Assembly: GCF_008065095.1 (NCBI RefSeq)
Contig: NZ_CP042911.1
Location: 8,160,001-8,192,000, forward strand
Direction of reading: 5' to 3'
Length of the DNA: 32,000 bases
Source of the DNA: Gemmata obscuriglobus
Lineage (GTDB): Bacteria > Planctomycetota > Planctomycetia > Gemmatales > Gemmataceae
Positions 10,193-18,787 of the stretch are shown one piece after another. The first letter of the stretch is position 1. Each line of letters starts with the position of its first letter. The translations under genes were made by a program, and so were the position numbers. The notes beneath the pieces are model-generated. The model saw only the letters and a list, made by a program, of their open reading frames with translations. It made no database searches and was not told where the DNA came from.

Positions 10193-10261
10193 GGGTGTTT
10201 CCTCCCTTGATGAAGCCGGGCCGTTCCGTCCGATTACGTCGCCCGTATGTGGAAGTATGTG

Positions 10262-10335
10262 AAAAAAACGATAAGCCGGGAAGTAGTGGGCTGGCGGGAT
10301 TGCATACCCGCCGTCGGCCCGCGACTTCCCGGCTT
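10262..10335 (-). terminator. Rho-independent terminator downstream of tRNA-Gly
   Basis: On the minus strand: AAGCCGGGAAGT ... ACTTCCCGGCTT (12-bp stem, 10324-10335 pairing with 10273-10284). An internal GGCGGG/CCCGCC sub-hairpin is present. Followed by ATCGTTTTTTT (A-run 10262-10268 on +). Confidence 0.55.
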
Positions 10336-10374
10336 CGTCTTACGCCAAAGTGTACTGGGCGTTACATCGGTCAG

Positions 10375-10446
10375 AGCGGGTGATGGGACTTGAACCCACG
10401 ACAACCTCGTTGGCAACGAGGTACTCTACCACTGAGTTACACCCGC
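10375..10446 (-). tRNA. tRNA-Gly (anticodon GCC)
   Basis: Reverse complement reads GCGGGTGTAACTCAGTGGTAGAGTACCTCGTTGCCAACGAGGTTGTCGTGGGTTCAAGTCCCATCACCCGCT. 7-bp acceptor stem, D arm, anticodon stem CCTCG/CGAGG with loop TTGCCAA, T arm GTGGG-TTCAAGT-CCCAT. No encoded CCA. Confidence 0.9.
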
Positions 10447-10573
10447 ACTTCATTCAGCCTGACACACCCATTTTTAGGGCGCGAGGTCGCGGTTTCAAGG
10501 GAGAATATTTGGATCGCGTGAGGCGGACAGTCGTGGGCGCAGAAATCACCCAACCCGATTATCCGGACCGCTT

Positions 10574-11239
10574 ATGGGGACCGCTTCAATGACCGAACAG
10601 CAGTGGCTCGCGAGTGCCTCGCCGGTGGCGATGCTGCACCACCTCAACGCCGACGGGAACGCTCGCAAGCCGCTGCTTTATGCGATAGCGGTGTGCCTGC
10701 GTGAGCCGGAGTTGAAGACGGAAGCACTGCACAGGTGGGTCGAATTGGCCGAACGGTACCTCAGAGGCGGGGTGGAGAACTGCGACCTTGACGACGAGAG
10801 CTTCAACGCTGACGCCGAAGCGAACGTTCTCGCTCAATTTAACCAAGGCCAAACGAAAGTGCAGTACGCTGCTATCGCTGACGCTCTGGGTTGCGTCTGG
10901 ATCACCGCCAATGCCGAGTATGACCTCGACGCCGACGATCCTCCCGTCCCGCTTGAGGAACTCGAGCCGGTGCGCCGGGCCAACGCCGACCTCGTGCGCG
11001 ACATCTTCGGCAACCCGTTTCGCCCGGTGCGCTTTGCTCCGGGGTGGCGCACCGATACCGCAATCGCGATCGCGCGGCAGATGTACGAATCACGCGACTT
11101 CAGCGCGATGCCGGTTCTGGCCGACGCCCTTCAAGACGCCGGGTGTGACTGCGCGGACATACTCGCGCACTGCCGCGATCCGCAACAAGTTCACGTGCGT
11201 GGGTGCTGGGTTGCTGACCTCGTACTCGGTTACGAATGA
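10574..11239 (+). CDS. Hypothetical protein of a family I recall as common in planctomycetes/myxobacteria (N-terminal WL..ASP..ML..L, C-terminal FGNPFRPV ... LADALQDAGC ... HCR....HVRGCWVADLVLG)
   Basis: 221-aa ORF. Alternative start ATG at 10589 (MTEQQWL). I cannot name the family from sequence alone. Confidence 0.7.
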   Translation: MGTASMTEQQWLASASPVAMLHHLNADGNARKPLLYAIAVCLREPELKTEALHRWVELAERYLRGGVENCDLDDESFNADAEANVLAQFNQGQTKVQYAAIADALGCVWITANAEYDLDADDPPVPLEELEPVRRANADLVRDIFGNPFRPVRFAPGWRTDTAIAIARQMYESRDFSAMPVLADALQDAGCDCADILAHCRDPQQVHVRGCWVADLVLGYE

Positions 11240-11266
11240 GAGTAGGCTGTTCGGTGGAGGTGAACC

Positions 11267-11748
11267 ATGTCCGCACTCTCGTCCCCGCCGCCGTGGAAGC
11301 CGTCCAGCGTGGTGCCGCAGCCGCGCAAGTGACCGTCCAGGAGTTCGACCGGCTCGGGGCGCTCGGGTGCTTCGAGGGCCGGCGGGCGCTCCTCCTCGAC
11401 GGCGTCATTCTGCAGCAAGGACCGATGGACCCGCCGCACGCGAACGCGCTGGAGGTACTAACGGAAGCCGTTCGTGCGGTTTTCGAGGCCGGTTGGCGGT
11501 TCCGGGGCCAAACGCCACTGCACCTCGATCAGTTCAACAACCCGATGCCCGACCTCGCGGTCGTTGCAGGGCGACCAGGGTACAACCAAGGTCACCCAAC
11601 GGTGGCCGCGCTGGTGGTCGAGGTGTCTGACTCGACGCTGCACACGGACCTGACGGCCAAGGCGGAGTGGTACGCGACCGCCGGAATCGTCGATGGCTCA
11701 TGTGGCATCCCAGGTGGACTGTGGGCAGCAAGAGCCATGTTGGCCTGA
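11267..11748 (+). pseudogene. Uma2-family (DUF820) putative endonuclease, apparently frameshifted near the 5' end and with an aberrant 3' end
   Basis: Uma2-like core: LLDGVILQQGPMDPPHANALEVL ... PDLAVV ... AALVVEVSDSTLHTDLTAKAEWYATAGI. ATG 11267 reads MSALSSPPPWKPSSVVPQPRK, then TGA at 11330-11332. The homologous frame continues from GTG 11329 (VTVQEFDRL). After YATAGI the expected PEYW..VD continuation is missing. Confidence 0.55.
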
Positions 11749-11764
11749 AGTTAGCGCCAGCCAT

Positions 11765-12181
11765 TCACCTCTGACACCTCATGAGACCACCTTTTTTCCC
11801 CCCTTCGTACCCCTTGGGGCTGCCGCGGCGGGTCGTCTTGACCGTCTGCGCGTCCACCCGCAGGGTTTCCGGGGGCGGTGGGGCACCGGCCTCGATGCGG
11901 ACCCCCTCCCGCCGGGTGACGCGAACCTTCTCCCAGGTGCCGCCCAGCCGCCAGTCGCAGAATAACCCGTAAACGGTCTGCCAGGTCGGGACGTCGTGCG
12001 GGAGCACCCGCCATGCCCCACCGGCCCGCAGGTGGTAGAAGATGGCGTTGAGCACCTCCCGCCGATCCACGACGACCGGGTGACCGCCTTGGGGCGTGCC
12101 GGACTTGGACTTGGGAAGCAGTGGGGCCAGTCGCTCCCACTGCTCATCGGTCAGGTCGGTTGGGTACGGCTTGCGACTCAT
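11765..12181 (-). pseudogene. IS5-family transposase, N-terminal fragment only (DUF4096-type HTH region)
   Basis: Typical IS5/IS4-like N-terminus: MSRKPYPTDLTDEQWERLAPLLP...REVLNAIFYHLRAGGAWRVLPHDVPTWQTVYGLFCDWRLGGTWEKV...DAQTVKTT..GYEGGKK. Similarity stops at GGKK. No DDE catalytic domain follows. Confidence 0.75.
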
Positions 12182-12237
12182 GCAAACCCTGTACCCAATC
12201 CCACATTCCTAAGCGACATCAGTTTCAAAATACACTC
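11790..12237 (-). mobile_element. Truncated IS5-family element remnant (one end plus 5' third of the transposase gene)
   Basis: Covers the transposase fragment above. The putative terminus GAGTGTATTTTGAAACTGATG (complement of about 12217-12237) is a guess. The other end is deleted at about 11790. Confidence 0.4.
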
Positions 12238-12286
12238 TGATATCCTCGGCCCGGCGGACACCTGTCGTGCCTCTCCCGTCACAGCA

Positions 12287-13615
12287 TCACCCCAGGCGTG
12301 ACATCTTCACCGCGCCGCCGACGATTGTCGCCACCGCGCGGCCGGTCAGCTCGGTCCCGTGGAACGGCGTGTTCAGGCTCTTCGACTTCGACTCGCGCTT
12401 GTCGAACGTCCAGCGCACCTTCGGGTCGATCACCGTGACATCAGCCGGGCGGCCGGGTTGCAGCGTGCCGCGCTCTATGCCGAGCACCGCCGCCGGGTTG
12501 CAGGTCATCTTCGCCAGCATCTGCGGCCAGCTCAGGTGCCCCGGCTCGATCAGGTGCGTGACGCACAGCGGCAGGAAGGTTTCGAGCCCCAGGATGCCGT
12601 TGGGCGCCTGGTCCAGCTCGCGCTCCTTCTTCTCGGGCGCGTGCGGGGCGTGGTCGGTCGCCAGAACCGTCAGCGAGTCGTCCTTCAGGCCCTCGAGGAT
12701 CGCCTGCCGGTCCGCCTCGGTGCGCAGCGGCGGCGACATCTTGTAGTTGCTGTCGAACGTGCGCAGGCTCTCGTCGGTCAGAATGAAGTGGTGCGGGCAC
12801 GCCTCGCCGCTGATCCAGAACGACGGCTTCCCCGCCGCCTTGAGTTGCTCCGCCTTCTTGCGGCCCTGGCGGATGAGGTCCACCCCGCCGGCCGTCGAGA
12901 CGTGCAGGATGTGGACCTTCCCGCCGGTCAGCTCCGCGAGCACGATGTCGCGGTAGATCATGATGTCCTCGGCCACGCCGGGCATCCCGCGCAGCCCGAG
13001 CTGCACGCTCACGAGCCCCTCGTTCATCACGCCGCCCTGCGTGAGTTCGAGGATCTCGGCGTGGACCAGCACCGCCTTATCGAACATCTTGCAGTATTCG
13101 AGGGCGCGGCGCATGATCTCCGCCGAGTACACCGGCGCGCCGTCGTCGGTGAACGCGACCGCGCCGCCCTCCACCAGCCCGCCCAACTCGGCCAGCTCCT
13201 TCCCCGCGCGCTCCTTGGTCACAGCGCCGATCGGGAACACGTTGCAGAACCCGGCCCGCTGCGCCTGATGGATGACGAACTCCACCGACATGCGCGTGTC
13301 GAGCGCCGGTTCGGTGTTGGGCATGCACGCCACCGACGTGACCCCGCCCGCGACCGCCGCCGCCGTGCCTGTGGCGATGGTTTCGTCCTCCTCACGCCCG
13401 GGCTCGCGCAGGTGGACGTGCATGTCGATGATGCCCGGCGACACGATCAGCCCCGTGCAGTCGAGCGTCTGCTCGTCGCCCAAAAGGCCCGCGGGGCGCG
13501 GGCCGGTGCCGGCCACCTTGCCGTCGGCGAGCCAGAGGTCGGTCACCTGATCGAAGTCGCGGGACGGGTCGATGACGCGGCCGTTGCGGAGGCAGAGCGG
13601 AGCGGGAGTCGGCAT
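12287..13615 (-). CDS. pyrC: Dihydroorotase (amidohydrolase-type)
   Basis: Motifs: IIDMHVHLREPG, TSVACMPNT, VHAE, HILHVST, ATDHAPH. Start placed at ATG 13615 (MPTPAPLCLRNGRVIDP). The ORF is open to 13750, but those 45 codons look like non-coding read-through. Confidence 0.9.
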   Translation of the reverse strand: MPTPAPLCLRNGRVIDPSRDFDQVTDLWLADGKVAGTGPRPAGLLGDEQTLDCTGLIVSPGIIDMHVHLREPGREEDETIATGTAAAVAGGVTSVACMPNTEPALDTRMSVEFVIHQAQRAGFCNVFPIGAVTKERAGKELAELGGLVEGGAVAFTDDGAPVYSAEIMRRALEYCKMFDKAVLVHAEILELTQGGVMNEGLVSVQLGLRGMPGVAEDIMIYRDIVLAELTGGKVHILHVSTAGGVDLIRQGRKKAEQLKAAGKPSFWISGEACPHHFILTDESLRTFDSNYKMSPPLRTEADRQAILEGLKDDSLTVLATDHAPHAPEKKERELDQAPNGILGLETFLPLCVTHLIEPGHLSWPQMLAKMTCNPAAVLGIERGTLQPGRPADVTVIDPKVRWTFDKRESKSKSLNTPFHGTELTGRAVATIVGGAVKMSRLG

Positions 13616-13750
13616 GGGGTCGGAACCTGCGGGGGCGAAGGGTTGGCCGCGGCGCGGCGGAACGCCCGCGGCGCGAGGGCGTGCCGCGGGCGTCGTTTCG
13701 GTCAGCGTGCGGATCGGGCAGATTCGAGTTCCTGAACCTGCCGGAACCAC

Positions 13751-14212
13751 TTACCGGCTGCGGAGCCGGCTGAACAGCCCGCGGCGCGACTTGGCCGTCT
13801 CTGTGGCCGACGCCTGCACCACAACCGGGTCGGCGGTCGCGACGAAGTTTCCGAGGGTGATCTCGCTCGAGGCGGCGGCTGTGTCGGTCTTCGTGTCCAC
13901 CTTCGGCTTCGGCATCGGCATCGGGGTCGGCGCCGGGGCGGCGGTCGCCGGGGCCGGGGTGATGACCGTGCCCGGGGGCACAACGGTGGTGCCGGTGACC
14001 GGCACGGCGTAGGTCGTGGTGCCGCGGTTGCGGAGCCGGCCGAACAGCCCGCGGCGGGCGGGGGCGGCAGTGGTCACGACCGGTGCGGACTCGACGACCG
14101 GTGCGGCGGCGACGGCCGGGGCGGCCGGCGGGGTCGCTGCCGGCTTTTCCTCGGCGACAGTGAAGGGGGCGGCCAGGGCGACCAGGGCGCCGGCGAAGAC
14201 GAACCGCTTCAT
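13751..14212 (-). CDS. Small secreted Pro/Thr/Ala-rich protein with duplicated RRGLF(G/S)RLR(N/S)R motif
   Basis: ATG at 14212 preceded by GGAGGAAGCATC. Signal peptide MKRFVFAGALVALAAPFTVA. This is only the last 153 codons of the 482-aa track ORF 13751..15199. Confidence 0.65.
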   Translation of the reverse strand: MKRFVFAGALVALAAPFTVAEEKPAATPPAAPAVAAAPVVESAPVVTTAAPARRGLFGRLRNRGTTTYAVPVTGTTVVPPGTVITPAPATAAPAPTPMPMPKPKVDTKTDTAAASSEITLGNFVATADPVVVQASATETAKSRRGLFSRLRSR

Positions 14213-14401
14213 GATGCTTCCTCCTGAAACAACCGACCGCCGGACCGCCCGTCGGCCCGGCGACCGAGTCAGTCGACAGTGTAGCGACCGCGGCGGGGCG
14301 CGGGAACCTCCGCCGCCGGCACGCGGGTTGCTCTGGTTGCCGCACACCGGCCCCGGCGCGACCGAGGGCGCCCGGGCCACCGCGCTTCCGGAGAAACTGC
14401 A

Positions 14402-15286
14402 ATGAGTTCCGCCGTTCCGGGCTACCCCCCGGGGGCCGTCCCCGCCCCACACGCCGAGGCCGCCGCGGCCGCCAAGCCGGACGAAGAGATCCGCCTGTAC
14501 GGGCACAGCGACCTGTTCTACTGGTGGCCGGTTTGGGCGGTCGCGTTCCTGATGGCGGGCCTGACGTTTCTCGACGGGCACCTGATGGCCGTGGTGCCGC
14601 AGGGGACCGAGGTGCGGCAGGTGCAGACGGCGCCGGGCAGCGAGAAGACGCAGGAGGCGCTGGTGGTGCCGGAGAACAAGTCGGTACCGCCCGCCACCGC
14701 CACCAGCCCCGACGCGCAGCCGAAGCTGCGGGTGGCCGCAACGAACGCCTACGGCGTGGTGTTCGCGGGGGTGCTGATCCTGGTCATCGCGATCACCAAC
14801 CTGACGCTGCGCGGGCTGGCCTCGGTGATCGTCATCGCGCTGCTGGTCATCGCGGGGCTGACGATCGCGCTGCTGGGGTGGTGGGACAAGATTCTCATGT
14901 GGCTCGGCGGGGTGGACGTGCGGATGAACGCCGGGGGCTACCTGGCGATCGGCATCCCGGTGCTCGTGATGTGGCTGTTCGCGACGTTCATCTACGACCA
15001 CTACACGTACATCATTGTGGCCCGCGGCCAGATCCGCATCCGGCGCGAGATCGGGGACGGCGAGGTCGCCGTGGACGCCTCGGGGCTGGTGCTGGAGAAG
15101 AAGCGCGACGACCTGTTCCGGCACTGGCTGCTGGGGCTGGGCAGCGGCGACCTGCACGTGAAGACGGGCGGCCCGTCGAACCTGGACTTCAACCTGCACA
15201 ACGTGCTGTTCATCGGCTCGAAGCTGGACCGGGTGCAGAACCTGATTCGCGAGAAGGAGACCTCTCCCCAGATCGCCGGCGCGTAA
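14402..15286 (+). CDS. Hypothetical membrane protein (about 4 TM segments, C-terminal cytoplasmic PH-like/bPH-type region suspected)
   Basis: 294-aa ORF with clear hydrophobic helices (FYWWPVWAVAFLMAGLTFL; GVVFAGVLILVIAI; VIVIALLVIAGLTIALLGWW; LAIGIPVLVMWLFATFIY). Divergent from the secreted-protein gene. Confidence 0.7.
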   Translation: MSSAVPGYPPGAVPAPHAEAAAAAKPDEEIRLYGHSDLFYWWPVWAVAFLMAGLTFLDGHLMAVVPQGTEVRQVQTAPGSEKTQEALVVPENKSVPPATATSPDAQPKLRVAATNAYGVVFAGVLILVIAITNLTLRGLASVIVIALLVIAGLTIALLGWWDKILMWLGGVDVRMNAGGYLAIGIPVLVMWLFATFIYDHYTYIIVARGQIRIRREIGDGEVAVDASGLVLEKKRDDLFRHWLLGLGSGDLHVKTGGPSNLDFNLHNVLFIGSKLDRVQNLIREKETSPQIAGA

Positions 15287-15397
15287 AGCCGCTCGCCCCT
15301 GGGACTGTGGCCGCCGTATTTGTGCGACGGGATTTCAGTGCGGCCCGCTCACTCCGCGAGCGAAGCGGGCAACCGTGGTTTCGCGTTTGACGAGCCG

Positions 15398-15439
15398 CGA
15401 CCGCCGGGACGGGGATACACATCCCCGTCCCGGCGGTCG
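15398..15439. terminator. Perfect 19-bp hairpin between convergent genes (likely bidirectional terminator)
   Basis: cgaccgccgggacggggat (15398-15416), loop acac, atccccgtcccggcggtcg (15421-15439). Confidence 0.5.
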
Positions 15440-15554
15440 TAGCTCGTTACGGCACGTTAAAAAGCCCCGACCTTGTGCCGGGCAGGCAACACGGGTCATG
15501 GCCACGCGACCGCTCGCGGGGCGAGCGGACCACCTTGAAGCCAAGAACCCGGCA

Positions 15555-17579
15555 TCAAACGGCACGCCCCACGCGGGCGAGTTCCAGAATCCGGTCCTCG
15601 GAGAGTTGCTCCGTCGGGATCAGGTTCCGCGCCGCCTGGATCGCGCGCACGTCCCCCTCGCGCACCAGCCAAAACTCGCCGACCTTCTGGTCCGCGACCC
15701 GATCGGCCGCGCCGGGCTTCGACTGGAGCACCGGTTTCAGCTTTTCGATCGCCACCGGCTGCTTGACCTGTCCCACCAGCCACGTCGTGATCTGGTCCCG
15801 GCACTTGTAATCGAAGTCGCCGGGGCTCTGGGTCGCCAGGAACAGGCCGAGGCCGGCGGACCGGGCGCGCCGCAGCAGGCTCTCCATCGGCCCCTTGGTC
15901 GCCGGCTTCCCGACCGCCGGGAGGTACGCGTCCGCCTCGTCGAACAGGAACACGGCCTGCAACGCGCCGGGCGCCGGGTGCCGCTGCCGCCACTGGTCGA
16001 GCGCCAGCAGCAGTTGGGACACCCAGAAGTCGATCGTAGCCGCGTCCCCGAGCGCGCCGGTGTTGAGCACCGTGAGCCGGGTGCGTCCGGGCGCCGCGAA
16101 CGCCCCGCGCCCGAGCAGCGCGTCGATGTCGAGCGCTTCCGGGGCCTCGAACAGCCGCCGGTGCCGGGCGCCGAGCGAGTACAGATCCTGCCGGAGCGTC
16201 CGGAAGTGTCGCTCCTCGTACTGGCCGTCGAACTCCATGAGGAGCGCATCGTCCTGATCGCTGACGAGCTTCTGCAGCGTGTCCACGGTGACCGCGCGTC
16301 CGGCCGCGACCAACACCTCAATGGCCTTTTGCAGGATCACCAGTTTGGGGTCGATGCCGCGGCCCCGGTACCCCATCATCTGGGCCAGTCCGGCGGCGGC
16401 GTACTGGGCGTGTTGCTCGCGCTCGCTGGCCGGGGCGGTTGCCAGCCCGGGCGGGGCGATCGAAATGGCCAGCGGGCGCCCCTCGTTCGTCCCGGGCGTG
16501 TAGAGCTGAACGTCGATCGCCGCGCGCAGCCGTGCCCGGCGGGCCGCGCGGTCGGCGTCCGGTTCGGGCGCGGCCCACGCGGCGGGGTCGGCGTACTGGG
16601 CCAGGTCGCCCTTGCGGTCGAGCAGCACGGCCGGCACCCCGGCCAGGAGCAGTTCTTCAATGATCGCGAGCGCTGCGGTCGTTTTCCCGCTCCCCGACCC
16701 GCCGAGGAACGCCGCGTGCCGGCACAGGCTCTTGGGCTCCAGTTCGACGGGCGCCGGGAGCGCGCCGCGGGTGACGGCGAACCGGATCGCTCCCGCCGCC
16801 TTCGCCGGCGCCGCGGGCGGCGCGACCGGTGCGGGGACGGCCGCCGGCGGCGCCGCCTTGGCGAGGCCCGCGGGCGGCAGCGGCGGCGCGGGCGGCTGCG
16901 GCTTCGGGGCCGCCGCTTCGAGTCGGTCCAGATCGAGCACCCGGCGAAGGGAGGGCAGGTTGGCGAGCGGCCGGACCTGCTGGCGCCAGGCGCCGAACCC
17001 GTCCGCCTTCTGGTGCTGTTGGACGAACTGGCGGAACGCGACCATGGCCCGCCAGTCGGCGTTCTCGACGACAACCTTTCGGTGCTTACCGACCGGCGCG
17101 CACAGCTTCCCGAGGCGCTTGGCGACTTCGGCTTGTGGCGATTTCGGGAAGTCGGTCGAGCGGACGAACACCGACGGCAACTCGCCGCACTGCTTGACCG
17201 TCTCCTCAATCTGGTTCTTCAGCCCGCTACCTTGTGCGCCCCGGTCGCAAATTGCAACAAGCACCTTGTCGGCTGCGTTACCGCTTTGAACCTCAACCTG
17301 GACGAACCGGCTGTCCGGGTCCGGGCTGAATACGACTCCGTTCGGCATCTCATTGGACGTGGCCCCGATGGCCCACCCCAGCAGCTCGGCGAGCTTCGTC
17401 TCGTCCACGATCGGCGGTTTAACCTTGGGAAGTAGTTCTGCCCACAACTGGCTGAAATCCGGGCGCGGTGGTGGCGGAGGAGGGGGAGGGCTGACGGGTC
17501 CGACGACCGCGATGCCACCGCCTCGGACGCACTGTTCGTGATGCTTGCGGAAGTGGTCAAGGACTTCGCGTGTGCGCAT
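15555..17579 (-). CDS. C-terminal 674 codons of an IS-split double ATPase: middle domain plus HerA/FtsK/VirB4-type P-loop ATPase
   Basis: Walker A FLGGSGSGKTT, Walker B AVFLFDEADAYL, LFLATQSPGDFD motif typical of DUF87/HerA-like ATPases. The apparent ATG at 17579 lies 4 nt from the IS3 end and is in frame with the upstream fragment once the IS is removed. Confidence 0.85.
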   Translation of the reverse strand: MRTREVLDHFRKHHEQCVRGGGIAVVGPVSPPPPPPPPRPDFSQLWAELLPKVKPPIVDETKLAELLGWAIGATSNEMPNGVVFSPDPDSRFVQVEVQSGNAADKVLVAICDRGAQGSGLKNQIEETVKQCGELPSVFVRSTDFPKSPQAEVAKRLGKLCAPVGKHRKVVVENADWRAMVAFRQFVQQHQKADGFGAWRQQVRPLANLPSLRRVLDLDRLEAAAPKPQPPAPPLPPAGLAKAAPPAAVPAPVAPPAAPAKAAGAIRFAVTRGALPAPVELEPKSLCRHAAFLGGSGSGKTTAALAIIEELLLAGVPAVLLDRKGDLAQYADPAAWAAPEPDADRAARRARLRAAIDVQLYTPGTNEGRPLAISIAPPGLATAPASEREQHAQYAAAGLAQMMGYRGRGIDPKLVILQKAIEVLVAAGRAVTVDTLQKLVSDQDDALLMEFDGQYEERHFRTLRQDLYSLGARHRRLFEAPEALDIDALLGRGAFAAPGRTRLTVLNTGALGDAATIDFWVSQLLLALDQWRQRHPAPGALQAVFLFDEADAYLPAVGKPATKGPMESLLRRARSAGLGLFLATQSPGDFDYKCRDQITTWLVGQVKQPVAIEKLKPVLQSKPGAADRVADQKVGEFWLVREGDVRAIQAARNLIPTEQLSEDRILELARVGRAV

Positions 17580-17627
17580 CCCGTACAGTGGACCCCATTG
17601 TCTAGACCAAAAAGTTGCTATCCTTCG

Positions 17628-18494
17628 CTACTGTTTCGTCGGGGCCTTCGTGGCTCCGACGCCATACACCTGAGCCGGGGTGCGGTAGTCCAGGGACTGG
17701 TGTAACCGCTCGGTGTTGTAGAACCCGAAGTACGCCCGGAGCCCACTCTCCAGGGCCGGCACCGACTCGTAACCCTTGAGGTACACGTCCTCGTACTTGA
17801 CGCTCCGCCACAGGCGCTCCACGAACACGTTGTCCAGGCACCGGCCCCGCCCGTCCATGCTCACCGCGACCCCGGCCCGCTCCAATCGCCCGACCCACGC
17901 GGCGGCCGTGAACTGGACTCCCTGGTCCGTGTTGAACACCTCCGGCTTGCCCCGGCCCAAGGCCTCCTCCAGCATGTCCTGGCAGAATGACCCGTCCAAC
18001 GTGTTGGACAGTCGCCAGGCCACCACGTACCGGCTGAACCAGTCCATCGTTGCGGCCAGGTACATGAACCCGGTGGGCATCGGGATGTACGTGATGTCCG
18101 TGCTCCACACCTGATGGACCCGGTCGATGGCCACGCCCCGCAACAGGTACGGGTACACCTTGTGCCCGGACCCGACCGACAGCTTGGGCTTGGGGTACAG
18201 GGCCTCCAACCCCATGATCCGCAACAGCCGCTGCACCCGCTTGCGGTTCACCTCGTGGCCCTGGGTGCCCAGCCACGCGGCCAGGCGCCGGCTCCCGTAG
18301 AACGGGCACGTCGTGTACTGCTCGTCGATCAACCGCATCAGCGTCAGGTTCTCCGCGCTCTCCGGGGTCGGCTCGTAGTACACCGTCGAGCGGTTCAATC
18401 CGATCAGCTCGCACTGGCGCCGGACGCTCAGCTCCGGGTGCTCGGCCTCGATCCGGGCACGCTTGGCCTCAGCCGAGGGCGGCCGATTTTTTTT
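17628..18494 (-). CDS. IS3-family transposase OrfB (DDE/rve integrase core), expressed as OrfAB by -1 frameshift
   Basis: Typical rve domain: VWSTDITYIPM ... FNTDQGVQFTA ... MDGRGRCLDNVFVERLWRSVKYEDVYL ... FYNTERLHQSLDYRTP. The frame stays open upstream to the A-run, reading KKNRPPSAEAKRARIEAEHPELSVRRQCELIGLNRSTVYY. Confidence 0.9.
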   Translation of the reverse strand, partial: KKNRPPSAEAKRARIEAEHPELSVRRQCELIGLNRSTVYYEPTPESAENLTLMRLIDEQYTTCPFYGSRRLAAWLGTQGHEVNRKRVQRLLRIMGLEALYPKPKLSVGSGHKVYPYLLRGVAIDRVHQVWSTDITYIPMPTGFMYLAATMDWFSRYVVAWRLSNTLDGSFCQDMLEEALGRGKPEVFNTDQGVQFTAAAWVGRLERAGVAVSMDGRGRCLDNVFVERLWRSVKYEDVYLKGYESVPALESGLRAYFGFYNTERLHQSLDYRTPAQVYGVGATKAPTKQ

Positions 18495-18756
18495 TCACCC
18501 AGTCGAGTTCCACCTTGAGGCGGCCGATCTGCTCGTACAACTCGGTCGTCTTGTCTTCCGGGGGGCCGGTGCCCTTCGCCCCCGAGGCGAACACGGCCTC
18601 GGCCCCGGTGAGCAACTGCTTCTTCCACCCATGAATCAGGGTCGGGTGGACGCCGTGCTGACTCGCCAGTTCGTTGATGGTCTTGTCGCCCTTGAGGGCC
18701 GCCAGCGCGACCTGGGCCTTGAACGCCGCCGAGTGACTCTTCCGCTTGCCCGCCAT
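18469..18756 (-). CDS. IS3-family transposase OrfA (HTH)
   Basis: 95 aa: MAGKRKSHSAAFKAQVALAALKGDKTINELASQHGVHPTLIHGWKKQLL ... LYEQIGRLKVELDWVKKK (HTH plus leucine zipper typical of IS3 OrfA). Confidence 0.9.
   Translation of the reverse strand: MAGKRKSHSAAFKAQVALAALKGDKTINELASQHGVHPTLIHGWKKQLLTGAEAVFASGAKGTGPPEDKTTELYEQIGRLKVELDWVKKKSAALG
18487..18495 (-). promoter_or_regulatory. Programmed -1 ribosomal frameshift site (A9 run) of the IS3 transposase
   Basis: The minus strand reads GTG AAA AAA AAA TCG near the end of orfA. The -1 frame continues into OrfB without a stop. Confidence 0.7.
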
Positions 18757-18787
18757 GGGTTCCCCTTTCCTGGGCCTCCGGTATAGC

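Noticed and set aside
8339-10210. 623-aa + strand ORF and 320-aa ORF 8811..9773
   Set aside because: They are antisense to trigger factor and clpP, with low-complexity Leu/Arg/Gly or Ser-rich translations.
12359-14741. Large ORFs 12359..13735 (+) and 13392..14741 (-)
   Set aside because: They are antisense or out of frame to pyrC and neighbours, with extreme Arg/Pro/Gly content and no recognisable motifs.
13751-15199. 482-aa minus-strand ORF
   Set aside because: Only its last 153 codons (from ATG 14212, with a strong SD and signal peptide) look real. The upstream part is antisense to the well-formed membrane-protein gene 14402..15286.
15375-17435. 686-aa + strand ORF
   Set aside because: It is antisense to the HerA-type ATPase half, which has clear Walker motifs. 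The translation is Arg/Gly/Leu-rich with no motifs.
17455-17490. Poly-proline run (P8) near the N-terminus of the 674-aa fragment, considered as a possible regulatory stall site
   Set aside because: It is probably just a flexible linker in the reconstructed protein. It is mentioned under the operon finding and is not a separate feature.
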